Below the pieces are notes generated by a model. The model was not told where the DNA came from and did no database searches. It saw nothing but the letters and a program-made list of their open reading frames with translations. DNA of 64,000 nt from Macrostomum lignano (Eukaryota). The stretch lies in the NCBI GenBank assembly GCA_002269645.1, contig NIVC01000986.1, positions 248,001 to 312,000 of the forward strand, written 5' to 3'. Of the stretch, positions 44,884 through 57,002 are shown one piece after another. Position 1 is the stretch's first letter. Each line of letters starts with the position of its first letter. The position numbers and the translations under genes are program-made.

Positions 44884-47130
44884 GCAAGCGAGTGAAGTTT
44901 ATTTGGCGCGAATTGCCGTCAATATATAAAGGCGATATCGCCAGGGAGAGACGATCGATAAATTGATGTGCTCAAGCACTTAAAACAGTACGCATGGTCA
45001 GTACATTAAAACGAGTCCGAGACTATGAGAAAAGCGGGGGGTGGCTAAAACTGTACAATTGGGCCTAGACGACCTTTAAGTGTAGAATAAAAATTGCAAA
45101 AATAAATGGCGAAATAAATAGGTAAGGTAAATAAAAATAATTATTAAATGCTCAGAGCAAAAAATGCAGGTGCACCGTACACAGTGTCAGAAAAATGAAT
45201 AAAAAGCAGAAAATAAATAATCTGAATAAATCGAAATAAAGTCAATGAAAAATCACAGAGGGGAAAATAGCAGTAAAGGAGCCTTTGTACAGCTGATCTC
45301 AATTGGCAGAAGCTGGTTCGAGCTGGCTGTGGCAGAGTAGATCCCGAAGGCTCCTCCCTTTAGTGAAGGCCGGCAGTACAGGGGCATCGCAGTGCTGTGC
45401 CACGCCGTCCCTCACCTTGGCAACCAGGGTGTCTGACCCAGCGCAGTGCGGCACAATCAGTGGGATCGCCGGATTGTGCAGCACCCCGGCCAGCTCGTTG
45501 GCGCCATGTGGGACCAGAGTTTTCAGGACCGCGATGAGTTTGGCCTCCTGGCGTTGACGTCGTTCATTGGCCTTGGGTCCAGAGCCGTCCCGCGTCCACA
45601 CTCCGGTGAAGGCAAAGTCCTCGAGACTATGGCCATCGTTGCTGAAGTGGCGGGCCACCGGAGTGTCGCGTGCGTGCCTGATGTCGCCGACGTGCGCTAG
45701 CATGCGGGCCCGGATGCTGTTGACCGTCTCGCCGACGTAGACCGTGCAGCTGCAGCGGCGGCAGAACACGGTGTAGACAGCGTTGACCGAGTTGCAGTCG
45801 ATCCTCTGGCTGATGGTGATCTTGACGGTCGTGGACGCGGATCCCGGGCAGACGGAGGTGAATCTGGCGTGCGCCTGGCAGCACTTGCACAGCCGGGCCG
45901 GGTTGCACGGCAGGAAGCCGAACTCCCACCGCCTTGTCGGGTAGAAACCCAGCTCCGCCAGCACCTCGTATTTGATATTGCGTAGAAAACGCCTGTTGTA
46001 GCCCTGGTGCTGCACCAGATTCGACAGCAGCTCGGTGCAGGCCGCGTCGAAGTCGACCATCCGGGAGCACCTGCGGGCGTATCTGATGAGCTGGGACTTG
46101 ACCACACCCTTGAACGTCCGCCTCGGGTGGAATGAGTCGCGGTGGATAAGAGCTCGGCTGTCCGTGGGCTTGAAGAAGACTCTAGTCGCCAGACGCTTGG
46201 AGTCCCCCTCGCGGTCCCAGAAGACGGTGGTGTCCAGGAAGTTGACCTCGGTGCTGCTGTAGCTCAGCTGCAACCTGATGTTCGGGTCGAGGCCATCCAG
46301 GAGCTCGTGGAAGCGGACCAGCTCGTCTCTCGTTCCGTGCCAGACGCCGAAGATGTCGTCAATGTAGCGCAGCCACAGGGCGGGCTTCTGCGGGCTGAGC
46401 TCCAGGCCCCGCTGCTCCCAGTAGCCCATGTAGATGTTGCTGTAGCTGGGTGCAAACGACTTCCCCATGGCCGTGCCTTTCACTTGCAGGAAAAATTTGC
46501 CGTCGAATTCGAAGTCGTTGCGCTCCAGGTTAAGCTTGAGCAGACTGAGGAGACTCGCGTCTGGGCGCCTGGCATCCGGGTGCTCCCTGAAGGCCCTCTG
46601 TACGCACTCGAGTCCGGCCGCGGTCGGGATGTTGGTGTAAAGGCTGGCGACGTCCATGGTGAACAGGAAGGACTCCTCGGACGCCGCACAGGCGATCCCG
46701 CGGATGGCGGCTTGGAAGTGGTCAGTGTCCCTGATGAAGCTGGGCAGCTGGATGACGATCGGCTGCAGGAAGCTGTCGATGAAGCGGCCGCTGGCGTAAG
46801 ACTCGCTGTCCACGTCAGACACGATGGGCCGGCCCGGAGGAATGTCGCCGAGCGGCCACGACTCGACGGGCTTGTGGATCTTCGGCAGGATGTAGAAGCA
46901 CCGCGTGCGGAACTCCTCCTTCGGGCAGAAGGCGTTGAACTGGCGCCGATCGATGATCCTTCGGTCCAGCAGCGATCTGAAGACGCCGCGGATCATCTGG
47001 GCTGTGAAGCGGCTGATCGGTGCGCTCAGAGGTCGGTAAAACAGCGGGTCTTCCAGCTGACGCAGGCATTCACGGACGTGATGGGGAGACGTGATGGGTG
47101 AAGTGCATGCGGGTAGAAAGATATACAGAC

Positions 47131-47347
<217 letters not shown>

Positions 47348-47541
47348 CACAGACAACTTTATCTAGAACAGAACAACATTTACCACAGACAACTGTTATA
47401 GAGAACAGGTTACGCTTAAACAAGGCAATGTTTTATAATGCGACGAGTCTGACTCAGTTAAAATAATCACAGCATACCAGCTTTGTTAAAATCAACTGTT
47501 ATATAGTTAATATATTATTATAATCAATCAATCAGTCAATC

Positions 47542-47573
47542 ATGTCCGGTGACAACGGAAAAGTACAACAACA

Positions 47574-47616
<43 letters not shown>

Positions 47617-48457
47617 CAACAACATCTACAAGAGTCGCATCGTTGTCAGCTGAACACTGCCAATGATCATCTCGCCTGGGCAGACGACGTCTCAGACGCG
47701 GAGTTGGTTGCTGTGTGTGTATCGGTCGAACAACAACACACAACGCAGCAACCATCGATGAAGGCGTCTGCATCGTATGCAGAGACCAGGCGCGCAGTGT
47801 CAGCGCTACATTCGGCAGGTGTCGATTGGGCTGACCAGCTCGACGAAGCGATGCGCTGGTTAGACGGCGAGATTTGTATGCAGCGAACGCGATTGTGACC
47901 GCCGTTGCTGCGACATCGATGCCGTCTAACTCGCGTAAGCGGCGTCATTCGTGCATCGGCCAAGAACACCACCGGTGTGATATGGACGTCGATTCTGATG
48001 CCGATGTCGACACCCTGTTCGACTCAGAGACGCTGGCAGAATGCGACGCACTAGAAACAGCTTATTATGCTTCGATGTGCAGCAACGACGATGCCGCCAA
48101 TGACAACGTCGAACAGCCGCCGTCTGATGCGACTCCAGACCACGCAAATGCGGCCGCCGCTGATGATATGTACATATCAGATGCGGAGCTTGTTGCCGTA
48201 TGCGAAGAGGTCGAGGCGACATTCCATCTGAGCGCCATCATCAATGTGCACCACCGGACGAAGCGTTGGCTAGTCCAATTAGTCAAGTCGACCCGTCCGT
48301 GTCGCTGTACGACTCCGGTGGAAATCTGCTAGTGGAGTCCAGCTTTGCCGTAGATCGGCGGTCAGTCGCCTGCCAGGTGGACATGTGTCGACCTAGTCGC
48401 AATCGCACCTGGACTCGACTGTACCGTATATGGCGTTCTCGTCGATGCATCGACTAG
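47542..48457 (+). CDS. Orphan ORF (poly-Q, repeated SDAELVAVC acidic motif), probably frameshifted twice
   Basis: Overlapping ORFs 47542-47898, 47874-48332 and 48200-48457; the motif SDAELVAVC occurs in two different frames. Confidence 0.4.
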
Positions 48458-48999
48458 ATAGATGGATTGTGGTCACTCTAGTCAGTACAGTCGCGCGCGC
48501 GCGTGTTGTAGTCTGCTGCCGGTCCTGACCAGGCCGTGAATCTGGTTGATTGATTGATTGATTGATTGTTTGACTGACTAATTAACTAGTTAGAAAATAA
48601 TGTAAGTAGAATGCATGAGGGGGCTTCTGGGACAAAATTTTTCACGTCCTCCATAATCCCATTAAATCCATCTATATTATCCCTGACAGAATCAGAAAAA
48701 AGGGGTCGCACTCGCTCACAAAACGTCCTCCATAATCCCATTAAATCCATCCATATTATCCCTGACAGAATCAGAGCATAACAGGTGTCCTACTGTTATG
48801 CTCTGAGGGTTTATGCTCTGAGCATAACAGCTCCAAATCCACCCATAGCATCTTCGAAACAATCAGAAAAAAATCTGCATTCTTCTCCCCACATTCAATT
48901 CGCAACGCGAAGCGTTGAAACCAGATCCCTAAAACTTTAAATTACCAGTATCAGCGCAGGGTCCTTAACCTTTGAAAAAAAAATAAATTCTGAATAAAA

Positions 49000-49239
49000 A
49001 TGTTTCCAGTTGTCTCTCCAGGTTCTTATTATACTCAGCCTCATCCATTGTACAAATCGAAGTACCAATGCAAACTTGAATGCAGCGAGTACATGGGAAA
49101 ATATTGGCCCGGCGTTGATATCAATGTCCCTAATATTAATCTAGCTCTCCAAAGACACTGGCTTCATAAGTATGGAGTAACCTATGTAAAAGATTACGAC
49201 AGCTACTATAACTTTGCAGAAATCATTAGGCAATTGTAA
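49000..49239 (+). CDS. Small hypothetical protein (79 aa) of element B
   Basis: ATG-initiated ORF convergent with the minor capsid gene; the stop codons abut. Confidence 0.5.
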   Translation: MFPVVSPGSYYTQPHPLYKSKYQCKLECSEYMGKYWPGVDINVPNINLALQRHWLHKYGVTYVKDYDSYYNFAEIIRQL

Positions 49240-49246
49240 TTTTTTC

Positions 49247-50110
49247 TCAAATTCTCTCAATGATCAACGTCAATACAAACTCTTCACCGTTGAAATCAAA
49301 ACCCACCCCATCTTCAGTCTCAAACTGTAGCACAATCTCGTGAATCTCCTTATTACTCAATACAACTCTTTTCACTGGATTTGGTTTCTCTACCACCATC
49401 TGTCCTCCAGCTACAGAGTTGGAGATGTTGTACAAAATATTAGTTCGCTTTCCCTTAAATACCCAATCAAGACTGAGATTAGTTCTGATTAGAATATTCA
49501 AACCCTTTACAATGTCTGCAATATTGGGTGCTAAGAACAAACCGCTTACATTTTCCCGGGCCATGCTAACGGCCCCCGACGCTTGAGTGGCGGTCCGCGC
49601 CGCGGATTCTGCCTTATAAACTTTCTTCTCGAATCCTAATTCCCTATACCAAGTGTCATCTTTAAACTCAACCTCCACATCTTTGTGAACTTGCATGACC
49701 ACTCTCATTACAGTGAGATCATAGGCTAGTTTGACAGGGAACAGTTTTTTATCGGGCTTACTCGCATTAGGTGTCTCAAAATGGCCTCTTTTAGTTAAGA
49801 CGTTTTCTAGAAAGTAATTGTAGGTATCCACACTTTGCGTGCTCACAGGGAATACCACAGGTTCTGCTGCTGCACCTTTTCATTTGTAATAAAACTTATT
49901 ATTTGCTGCCGTCACATTGGGAACGTTTGACCAACCAGTGAAGTCGTTAAGATAGACATGGTAATTAGCACCTGGATCCAGGCGAATCGCCTGCTCTAAT
50001 TTTTGAACAAATATCCCGTTTGAGTCATTAATTCGCCCGGTTATTGTAATAGGAATGCTCTCCTTGGAGTGTGAAACAATGTTGTTTAGTCTTTCGGCTA
50101 TAGCTTCCAT
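49247..50110 (-). pseudogene. Minor capsid protein (penton, single jelly-roll) with an in-frame TGA at 49880-49882
   Basis: The two ORFs are in one frame. C-terminal IVLQFETEDGVGFDFNGEEFVLTLII is typical of Polinton minor capsids; the gene lies next to the major capsid. Confidence 0.8.
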
Positions 50111-50130
50111 TTTTTGTCCTAAAAAAATAT

Positions 50131-51417
50131 TTAAACTTTACTGGATGAATTGTTGATCATGTTAAGCTTCACCTTCCTCTCAAATGCATAGACAATGTAC
50201 AGGTCCACGGGTGTTGCGACAGTCCTCTCAATGTTAGTCACGATTTTCACAGGGCTGTTATCAGTAGGCATTTGTCTGGCAGACACATCAGCGCCAAACA
50301 TCGGATATAGAGTTCCATATTGAAGAGCAGTGATAGCAATTCCATTGTTCTCTTTCACAGCCAAGTCGACCAACTCGCTGTAAAATTTGCTAATCTTGTT
50401 CTGACTGAAATCTCCATTTTGTGGCAGTGCAGGGTAAAGATTATCACTGATTTCATGCTGAATGGACCGCACGTCTCCATGCATGTAGCGTATAATGCTA
50501 TTTGGGTTTCTCATGTTAATAATGATATACCTTGGATTGCTGCATGATCCCTCTTTAATGCAGATGTTTGTTCTAGTTTCGTTTCGCTCATCTCGACACA
50601 TGTAGGCTGTGTATGCAACATCAATGTCCTTCTCTATTGCCTTGAGATAATCCGCTTTTAGTGCAGTCTTTGGCTCAATGACTTCCAAATACAGCTCGAT
50701 TCCGGTTAGCTTCACCTCCATCCTTGTGTGGTCCGCCCCAGTCCACAACACTCTACTGCGATCATCTCTAGTCATCTTAAAGGTGTAGCTAAAGTTACTA
50801 GTCAATCGATTAAATGTATTACAGAATCCACTCATGAATCTCAGTGGTACAAATACATCAACAGACCGATACTGCGGGTTCTTAGCAACATCATCAGCAC
50901 CTTGCAATGCATAGTTGTATCTCTTCTTCCTATTTTTATAGCCACTGTCATTGGTGTCTCCTTCTTTTTCATCTGCAATAAAACCCGCACCACTTCCCAA
51001 CCGAATAAAATCAGGATTCTCGATCAAACAATGAGCGTCATAGACAATTCCAAAGTTGGCGATTCGCTCCAACTCAGTGCTCCCATTCGATACACTAAAC
51101 TCCTTGAACATGTACGCCCAAAAGTTACTGATCAGAGCCACATCCGCATCATGCTTGTCAACGTTAGCACGAGCCGCATCCGCACCACCCTTTGTCTTGA
51201 ATTGAAATGTCATATGGAAGCCGCTCTTAAGACTGTGCACACTAACCAAAGACGAGCATCCATTGTATGTGAATGTCAGTGTTTGACCAGGACCAAGATT
51301 AGTTTCATTCTGATTTTCCTGACTGGGAACTCTTACCTGAGTCGCTTTGATTGTGCTATCATCACTCAAAATAGGCTTGTTAATTTTGTAGAAAACTGGT
51401 GTCAGTGGGTCGTTCAT
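50131..51417 (-). CDS. Major capsid protein (double jelly-roll), 428 aa, intact
   Basis: Size, position and motifs (VPLRFMSGFC, PRYIII, YGTLYPMFGADVS, terminal LYIVYAFERKVKL). Confidence 0.8.
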   Translation of the reverse strand: MNDPLTPVFYKINKPILSDDSTIKATQVRVPSQENQNETNLGPGQTLTFTYNGCSSLVSVHSLKSGFHMTFQFKTKGGADAARANVDKHDADVALISNFWAYMFKEFSVSNGSTELERIANFGIVYDAHCLIENPDFIRLGSGAGFIADEKEGDTNDSGYKNRKKRYNYALQGADDVAKNPQYRSVDVFVPLRFMSGFCNTFNRLTSNFSYTFKMTRDDRSRVLWTGADHTRMEVKLTGIELYLEVIEPKTALKADYLKAIEKDIDVAYTAYMCRDERNETRTNICIKEGSCSNPRYIIINMRNPNSIIRYMHGDVRSIQHEISDNLYPALPQNGDFSQNKISKFYSELVDLAVKENNGIAITALQYGTLYPMFGADVSARQMPTDNSPVKIVTNIERTVATPVDLYIVYAFERKVKLNMINNSSSKV

Positions 51418-51514
51418 TTTTTAACTAAAAATAAAATAAAATAAGAAATGAAGCGAAAAAGTACACAGCAGATATCTGAATTGGAATTGGAATTAAAATA
51501 TTTACAATGAAGCA

Positions 51515-52315
51515 GTGGAATATTATATCGACATAAATAAGAAACATATTTCTGTTGTCAAAGGCTCGGAAATTAAGAGCATTCCTTTCACAGAAACCTT
51601 ACTGAATTCTATGACCAAGAACCAAGAGAGAATCTCGGACAAGCAGCTAAAGAACTACAAAGATCTAGTGACTTTTTCTCTTGCTAGAGATATAGAAATA
51701 CTAAAGGTCCCAGAAGTTCTGAAACACATGTACGATAGCGGTGTCAACCTGACTAAATTCAAAAAGTACAAGCACTTTAAACAATGGTTCGGTTTGCCAG
51801 ATCCGGGGGAAGTCATGAAATATCTAGAACAACAACCACAACCACAACAACAACAACAGCAGCAACATTTCACAGAAGAACAAGTACTCAGGCAACTGGA
51901 AAATGCAGATCCGACTCAAGTAGCTAAATATAAAAATGATTACCCAGATGTCTGGCAACACTTAGAACAACACTCTCCAGATCGAATGAACAGAATCAAG
52001 CAAAGAGTTTTCACACCTCAACAAAGACAGGCGCCACATGACAGTTTCATCTCTGAAAGTGAGCAGTCTTTTGCATCACCTCCCCAGCAGCCACAAGCCC
52101 AACCAACTCCACAACCTCAAGACCAACCGCCTTTTACTGGAAAAGGAATTTCTGAAATCTACAAGCGAGTAGCGGTTCTTCTAGGAGCGGCAAAGACCGG
52201 AATGAAAGATGAAAATAGAAAAGAATTTGTCAACATCCTGGACAAAATGATGGAAAAGAAGTATATTGACAAACGGGCGAGAGAGCTTCTGCTTTCGCGG
52301 TTCAACAAAAAATAA
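51515..52315 (+). CDS. Polinton-type hypothetical protein (266 aa)
   Basis: C-terminal KRVAVLLGAAKTG...EFVNILDKM resembles a motif I associate with conserved Polinton ORFs; not verified. Confidence 0.55.
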   Translation: MEYYIDINKKHISVVKGSEIKSIPFTETLLNSMTKNQERISDKQLKNYKDLVTFSLARDIEILKVPEVLKHMYDSGVNLTKFKKYKHFKQWFGLPDPGEVMKYLEQQPQPQQQQQQQHFTEEQVLRQLENADPTQVAKYKNDYPDVWQHLEQHSPDRMNRIKQRVFTPQQRQAPHDSFISESEQSFASPPQQPQAQPTPQPQDQPPFTGKGISEIYKRVAVLLGAAKTGMKDENRKEFVNILDKMMEKKYIDKRARELLLSRFNKK

Positions 52316-52331
52316 TGTATTTCAAGTAAAA

Positions 52332-52709
52332 ATGCCGATTATTTTTGAGAAAGACATTGACAAATACTATGACAAAAAGGAACTTAATCTTATTAAACGG
52401 GGATCTGGACTTTTCCCTGCAGGCCACTATCCAAGAAAAGGACGCTCTGGGAATGGCCTTGCCGATTTGATCGCTCAGGAGGCCAAGATTTTTAAGGTCA
52501 TTGGAGAGAACAAAGAGAACATCAAGAAAGTTGCCGAAGCGGCTGGCAGTGTAGCCACAGCAGCCAAAAAGATAAAGGATACTGTAACACCTAAACAAGA
52601 GATTCAGCCGCTGGCTCCGCTGGCCCCAAATCCAGACAGTGTGGACCCTGCAGTCTATGACAAGATGAGAGCTAGCATTAAAAAAGGAAGTGGTTTCAAA
52701 TTTGACTAA
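52332..52709 (+). CDS. Small Gly/Lys-rich protein, possible virion core or membrane-lytic protein
   Basis: KRGSGLF, GNGLADLIA, an amphipathic segment and KKGSGF; function is inference. Confidence 0.5.
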   Translation: MPIIFEKDIDKYYDKKELNLIKRGSGLFPAGHYPRKGRSGNGLADLIAQEAKIFKVIGENKENIKKVAEAAGSVATAAKKIKDTVTPKQEIQPLAPLAPNPDSVDPAVYDKMRASIKKGSGFKFD

Positions 52710-52837
52710 AGGGTACTTTCCGAAGGTACAAAACAAGTCCCGAAATGACACATCTAAGTCCCGAAATGACACATCTAAGTCCCAAAATGACACATCTTCT
52801 AAATGATTTATTATTTAATTTTTTAATCATAGAAAAA

Positions 52838-53638
52838 ATGGACTTTTCGAGCGACTTCAATCCTCACTGGACGCGTAATCAGATTAAGTTTTCTCATCAT
52901 GAGTCAATCCCGAGTCACTTCAGATGCATTGTTGTTGGTTCATCAGGTTCAGGTAAAACATTCAGAGTCTTTAACATGCTTCTTAGACCTGGCTTTATCG
53001 ACTATGACACTCTGCACATCTACTCTCCCACAATGTATCAAGATGAGTATAAAATGCTGATTTCTGGATTGCAAAACAAACTGAACAAAGAGGACATTAT
53101 TCAATGTTTTAATAACCAAATGAGCCTTCCCAGTAACCCAGAAATTGTAGCTGCTGAATATGCAAAGCACCTCAAAGACAATGAAAAATGGCAGAACATT
53201 AAAGTGTTCACCTATGGAGATCTGCAGGTTGATCCAAAGACCAAACTTCTACCCCATCCAGATGAGCTAGAAAAGGGGAGAAAGCATTTGATCGTCTTTG
53301 ATGATTGTATGACAGGCCCACAGAAGCAGATAGAAAACTATTTTACAAGAGGACGACATAACAATTGTAATGTAATTTACATTGCACAGAATTAGTTCGA
53401 GCTCCCGAACAAAACAATTCGTGGGAACTGCAATCTGATTCTCCTGTTTCCAACCATTCCACAGGACAGGCTAAAAAGATTTTACAATGAGGTAATTGCG
53501 CCTGCCTATTTCATAAATCCAACAAAAAACTCAAGCAGAAAGATTTCACAAGAGGAATTCGTTAACCTCTGCTACGAAAAGTGGAACCAGCCTTACCAGT
53601 TTGTGATTATCAGCAAAGAAAAAAGAACTGTAATTTAA
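52838..53638 (+). pseudogene. A32/FtsK-like genome packaging ATPase with an in-frame TAG at 53393-53395
   Basis: Walker A VVGSSGSGKT, Walker B LIVFDD, YFTRGRHNN..IYIAQN*F; the frame continues (TIRGNCNLILLF...WNQPYQF) to TAA 53636-53638. Confidence 0.9.
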
Positions 53639-53654
53639 AATTTGCTATTAAAAG

Positions 53655-54498
53655 ATGTCTATTAATTTTGCAGTCGAATCCATTTCTGGCAACAGCGCTC
53701 TTACATCAGCTCAAATATCCATCCTTGACAGGCGATATATCAACAGCGACGAAGAGATCCCAGAGATCAAACTGAATAAAAACAGACTGAAACAATTAGA
53801 GCGCTCCATGCACCAGCTACAAATAAACATCGAAGATCTCAGGCTTAAAGTAGCTAGGCAGAAGTTTGAAAATGATAAGCTTTATGTACAGGTTGTACAG
53901 GCAGCTAATGAACTTAGGTCAGAAATAACTTCGGCAGTCTCGCAAATCAACGGTTTAAGAACAAATTTAGCATCGACAATTAATCTTCTGAGAAACTCCA
54001 TTGATAGGCGGATGCACATTCTAGAAGAAGGAGTTTTCAGGAATTTTGAGGAATTTAGAAGAGTTCATGAACCAGTCAACAGCATTGCATGATAGAATTA
54101 AAGAAAACGTCGCAACCAACACAGGTAAAGTGAGGAATTTAGAAGAGTTCATGACTCAGTCAACAGCGTTGCATGATCAAATCAAAGTAAGAATTACTGC
54201 AAATAAAGTCTTTGTAGATTTAGTTTTTACCGAATGGCAGAAATCGGTGAGAAGAATCGGTCGTCTTGAATGCTTGCATAATCTCAAAAACATTGACGCT
54301 GAAGAGGCACCACAGACCACAAGGGAAATAAGTGATCCAATTGACTTGTTTGAGATCAGGCGTAGAATGGAGCTCACAGATAATGAAGAGACCCGTTGCC
54401 GTCCCAGATCCCAAATCCCCGATCCCCGATCCCCGATCCCCGATGCAATCAAACGTAAAACAAATCTAACCAACACCAACAAGTTGTCAAATTTTTAA
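53655..54498 (+). CDS. Coiled-coil protein(s), two overlapping ORFs with an internal ~50-bp duplication
   Basis: Heptad-rich sequence; duplicated AGGAATTTAGAAGAGTTCATGA..CAGTCAACAGC.TTGCATGAT. Confidence 0.5.
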
Positions 54499-54512
54499 AA
54501 ATTCCCTAAAAA

Positions 54513-54669
54513 ATGGATGCTCAAAATTCTCTTTATGATCCGAACGCTCCCACAACACCTAGTGCACCCCAATATGAGCAGCAAAAACTCTACCCCGTCA
54601 TTACTTGTAACTCTCAGCAGTTTCGACTAGTGGAGATTAAAAAAATGCGCGATGATCTTGAAAAAAAAA
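54513..54669 (+). pseudogene. Polinton-type ORF truncated by an insertion
   Basis: LYP...QQFRLVEIKKMRDDLE; coding character stops at the A9 run 54661-54669. Confidence 0.55.
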
Positions 54670-56910
54670 TTTTCCACATTAGTGAAGGGGAGGCAAAGAC
54701 AAAGACAAAGACAAACCGAGTGTGGCGATGGCGAGGCAGCGAAAAGCCAGAGGATGCAACCCCAAGGCCAAACAAACAAATGAATGAACGAAGGAGAGAA
54801 TTTACGAAACGGCGGAAATAAGGCTGGGGATAAGAACGGAAATAAAACTTTGAACACAAGCAAAAGTTATTCAAAGGCAGCTCTCGCTAAAAGCACCAGC
54901 AAAACGCGAACCAGCCCGCACAGAATCAGCAGATGGAAGGTAGGCAGTAACAGCATCACTTCGCCAGTCACCGATGCACTTCACCTCTTGAACAGATAGT
55001 CCTAGACGGTAGGCCCAGGTGGCACCACCTCTGCGCAGGCTGTGCGCTGAGAAAGAACGAGCGTCCTGCTCAGCAGTTGCTAGGCAGCGCTTGAGGAACT
55101 TGTCGAATCTTGAGGCAGACAGGACAACAGAGGATCCGCTCGCCAACTGGTAGGAGAACACAGGCTGCCTGCAGCCAAGCTTGCTGACACGGAGGTGACC
55201 CTCTAGCGCAGCCACTGGGCAAAGCGGATGTCCATCTTTTAGCCTTGGAAGCAACACCCGGTGCAGCTTCGCGCCGAACTGATTCGTCTTGAGTAGTATG
55301 AGTTTATGCAACTCTGCCGCACTTGCACTGCGGAGATAGGCGGTAATGTAAAAGGATAGGAGGGCGTAAAAGAGCCAGCTGAGATAGCCAATGGAAATAA
55401 GGGGCGTGGGGTGGGTGTGATTGGCTGGGTGGTGAAACGCTTATGCAACTCTGCCGCACTGGGAGGGGCAGGTAGCAAAGCAAAGCAAAGAATTGGAAGG
55501 TTTTTGGAATAGCAGAGTAAACAAATTAAAGCAAGGTAGGCGTGGCGTGGAAACTTTCACCTCAATTTTGTGCCTGGTCTACGCAACTCCTCGGCGTCCC
55601 CCACTGTGCTTATCCTATAGCATGCCTATGCAACTCTGCCGCACTATTTGTCAGTGCGGAGTGAAATAGATAAGAGAGAGGCTCTGGTCTTCTTGAATGT
55701 CTGCCTCTAGCAATTTTAATAAATGGGCAATAAACTTTGTAACGGGTGCGGGGGCTTGAGTGGAAAGGGTGGGGTTTGAAGTGGAGGTGAGGTTGGTGAG
55801 CTCTAAAACAGTTGTTCAACTCTGCCGCACTTTCACTGTGCAGGGACAGAGAGGTGGGCTCTAAAACAGTTGTTCAACTCTGCCGCACTTTCACTGTGCA
55901 GGGACAGAGAGGTGGGCTCTAAAACAGTTGTTCAACTCTGCCGCACTTTCACTGTGCAGGGACAGAGAGGTGGGCTCTAAAACAGTTGTTCAACTCTGCC
56001 GCACTTTCACTGTGCAGGGACAGAGAGGTGGGCTCTAAAACAGTTGTTCAACTCTGCCGCACTTTCACTGTGCAGGGACAGAGAGGTGGGCTCTAAAACA
56101 GTTGTTCAACTCTGCCGCACTTTCACTGTGCAGGGACAGAGAGGTGGGCTCTAAAACAGTTGTTCAACTCTGCCGCACTTTCACTGTGCAGGGACAGAGA
56201 GGTGGGCTCTAAAACAGTTGTTCAACTCTGCCGCACTTTCACTGTGCAGGGACAGAGAGGTGGGCTCTAAAACAGTTGTTCAACTCTGCCGCACTTTCAC
56301 TGTGCAGGGACAGAGAGGTGGGCTCTAAAACAGTTGTTCAACTCTGCCGCACTTTCACTGTGCAGGGACAGAGAGGTGGGCTCTAAAACAGTTGTTCAAC
56401 TCTGCCGCACTTTCACTGTGCAGGGACAGAGAGGTGGGCTCTAAAACAGTTGTTCAACTCTGCCGCACTTTCACTGTGCAGGGACAGAGAGGTGAGCTCT
56501 AAAAAACAGTTGTTCAACTCTGCCACACTTTCACTGTGCAGGGACAGAGAGGTGAGCTCTAAAACAGTTGCTCAACTCTGCCGCACTTTAATGTGCAGGG
56601 ACAGAGAGGTGAGCTCTAAAACAGTTGCTCAACTCTGCCGCACTTTAATGTGCAGGGACAGAGAGGTGGGCTCTAAAACAGTTGCTCAACTCTGCCGCAC
56701 TCTCACTGTGCAGGGCGGAGGGCTAGGGTTTGAATGAGCAATAAACTTTGTAACGGGTTGTGTTGTGGGGTGGGCTTCTTGCTGCTCTGGTATGATTGGA
56801 GGGAGTAGTGAATGTAATAGTACGAGCGTACTTGTAATATAGCATATAATAATACATAAATAAAAAATACGAGAAAAGAAATAAACAAGATAAGGACCCA
56901 TAGCGGTTCA
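54670..56910 (-). mobile_element. Remnant of a DIRS/Ngaro-like tyrosine-recombinase retroelement (C-terminal YR at 54871-55305 plus terminal repeats); right boundary approximate
   Basis: LKTNQFG, LCPVAAL, FSAHSLRRGGAT, IGDWRSDAVTAYL; no RT and no YR N-terminus; the segment GCAATAAACTTTGTAACGGG is repeated at ~55727 and ~56737. Confidence 0.75.
55801..56710. repeat. 58-bp tandem array (~15.5 units) containing CAACTCTGCCGCACT
   Basis: CAAC recurs at 55817 and 55875; units are identical until ~56490 and then degenerate. Confidence 0.97.
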
Positions 56911-57002
56911 TATTTATATATATATACGAGTATACAGTAATTAATCCGAGACCTGGACTGACTTGGACTGCTCTACTTTCACAAGCAATCACACTAATAG
57001 CA

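Noticed and set aside
46142-47101. Long antisense ORFs opposite the PLE, LINE and polB genes
   Set aside because: Shadow ORFs caused by the GC-rich codon usage of the real strand.
49880-53395. Alternative genetic code or programmed readthrough to explain the in-frame stops
   Set aside because: TGA, TAG and TAA all appear as isolated internal stops, and all three also terminate other genes here; decay is simpler.
54871-55311. YR as the native integrase of element B (as in some Polinton-like viruses)
   Set aside because: It is only a C-terminal half with DIRS-type motifs, and it interrupts a Polinton ORF.
55300-56710. CRISPR-like array
   Set aside because: Eukaryotic context with no cas genes; the 58-bp units are identical with no unique spacers, and the three dispersed cores are irregularly spaced.
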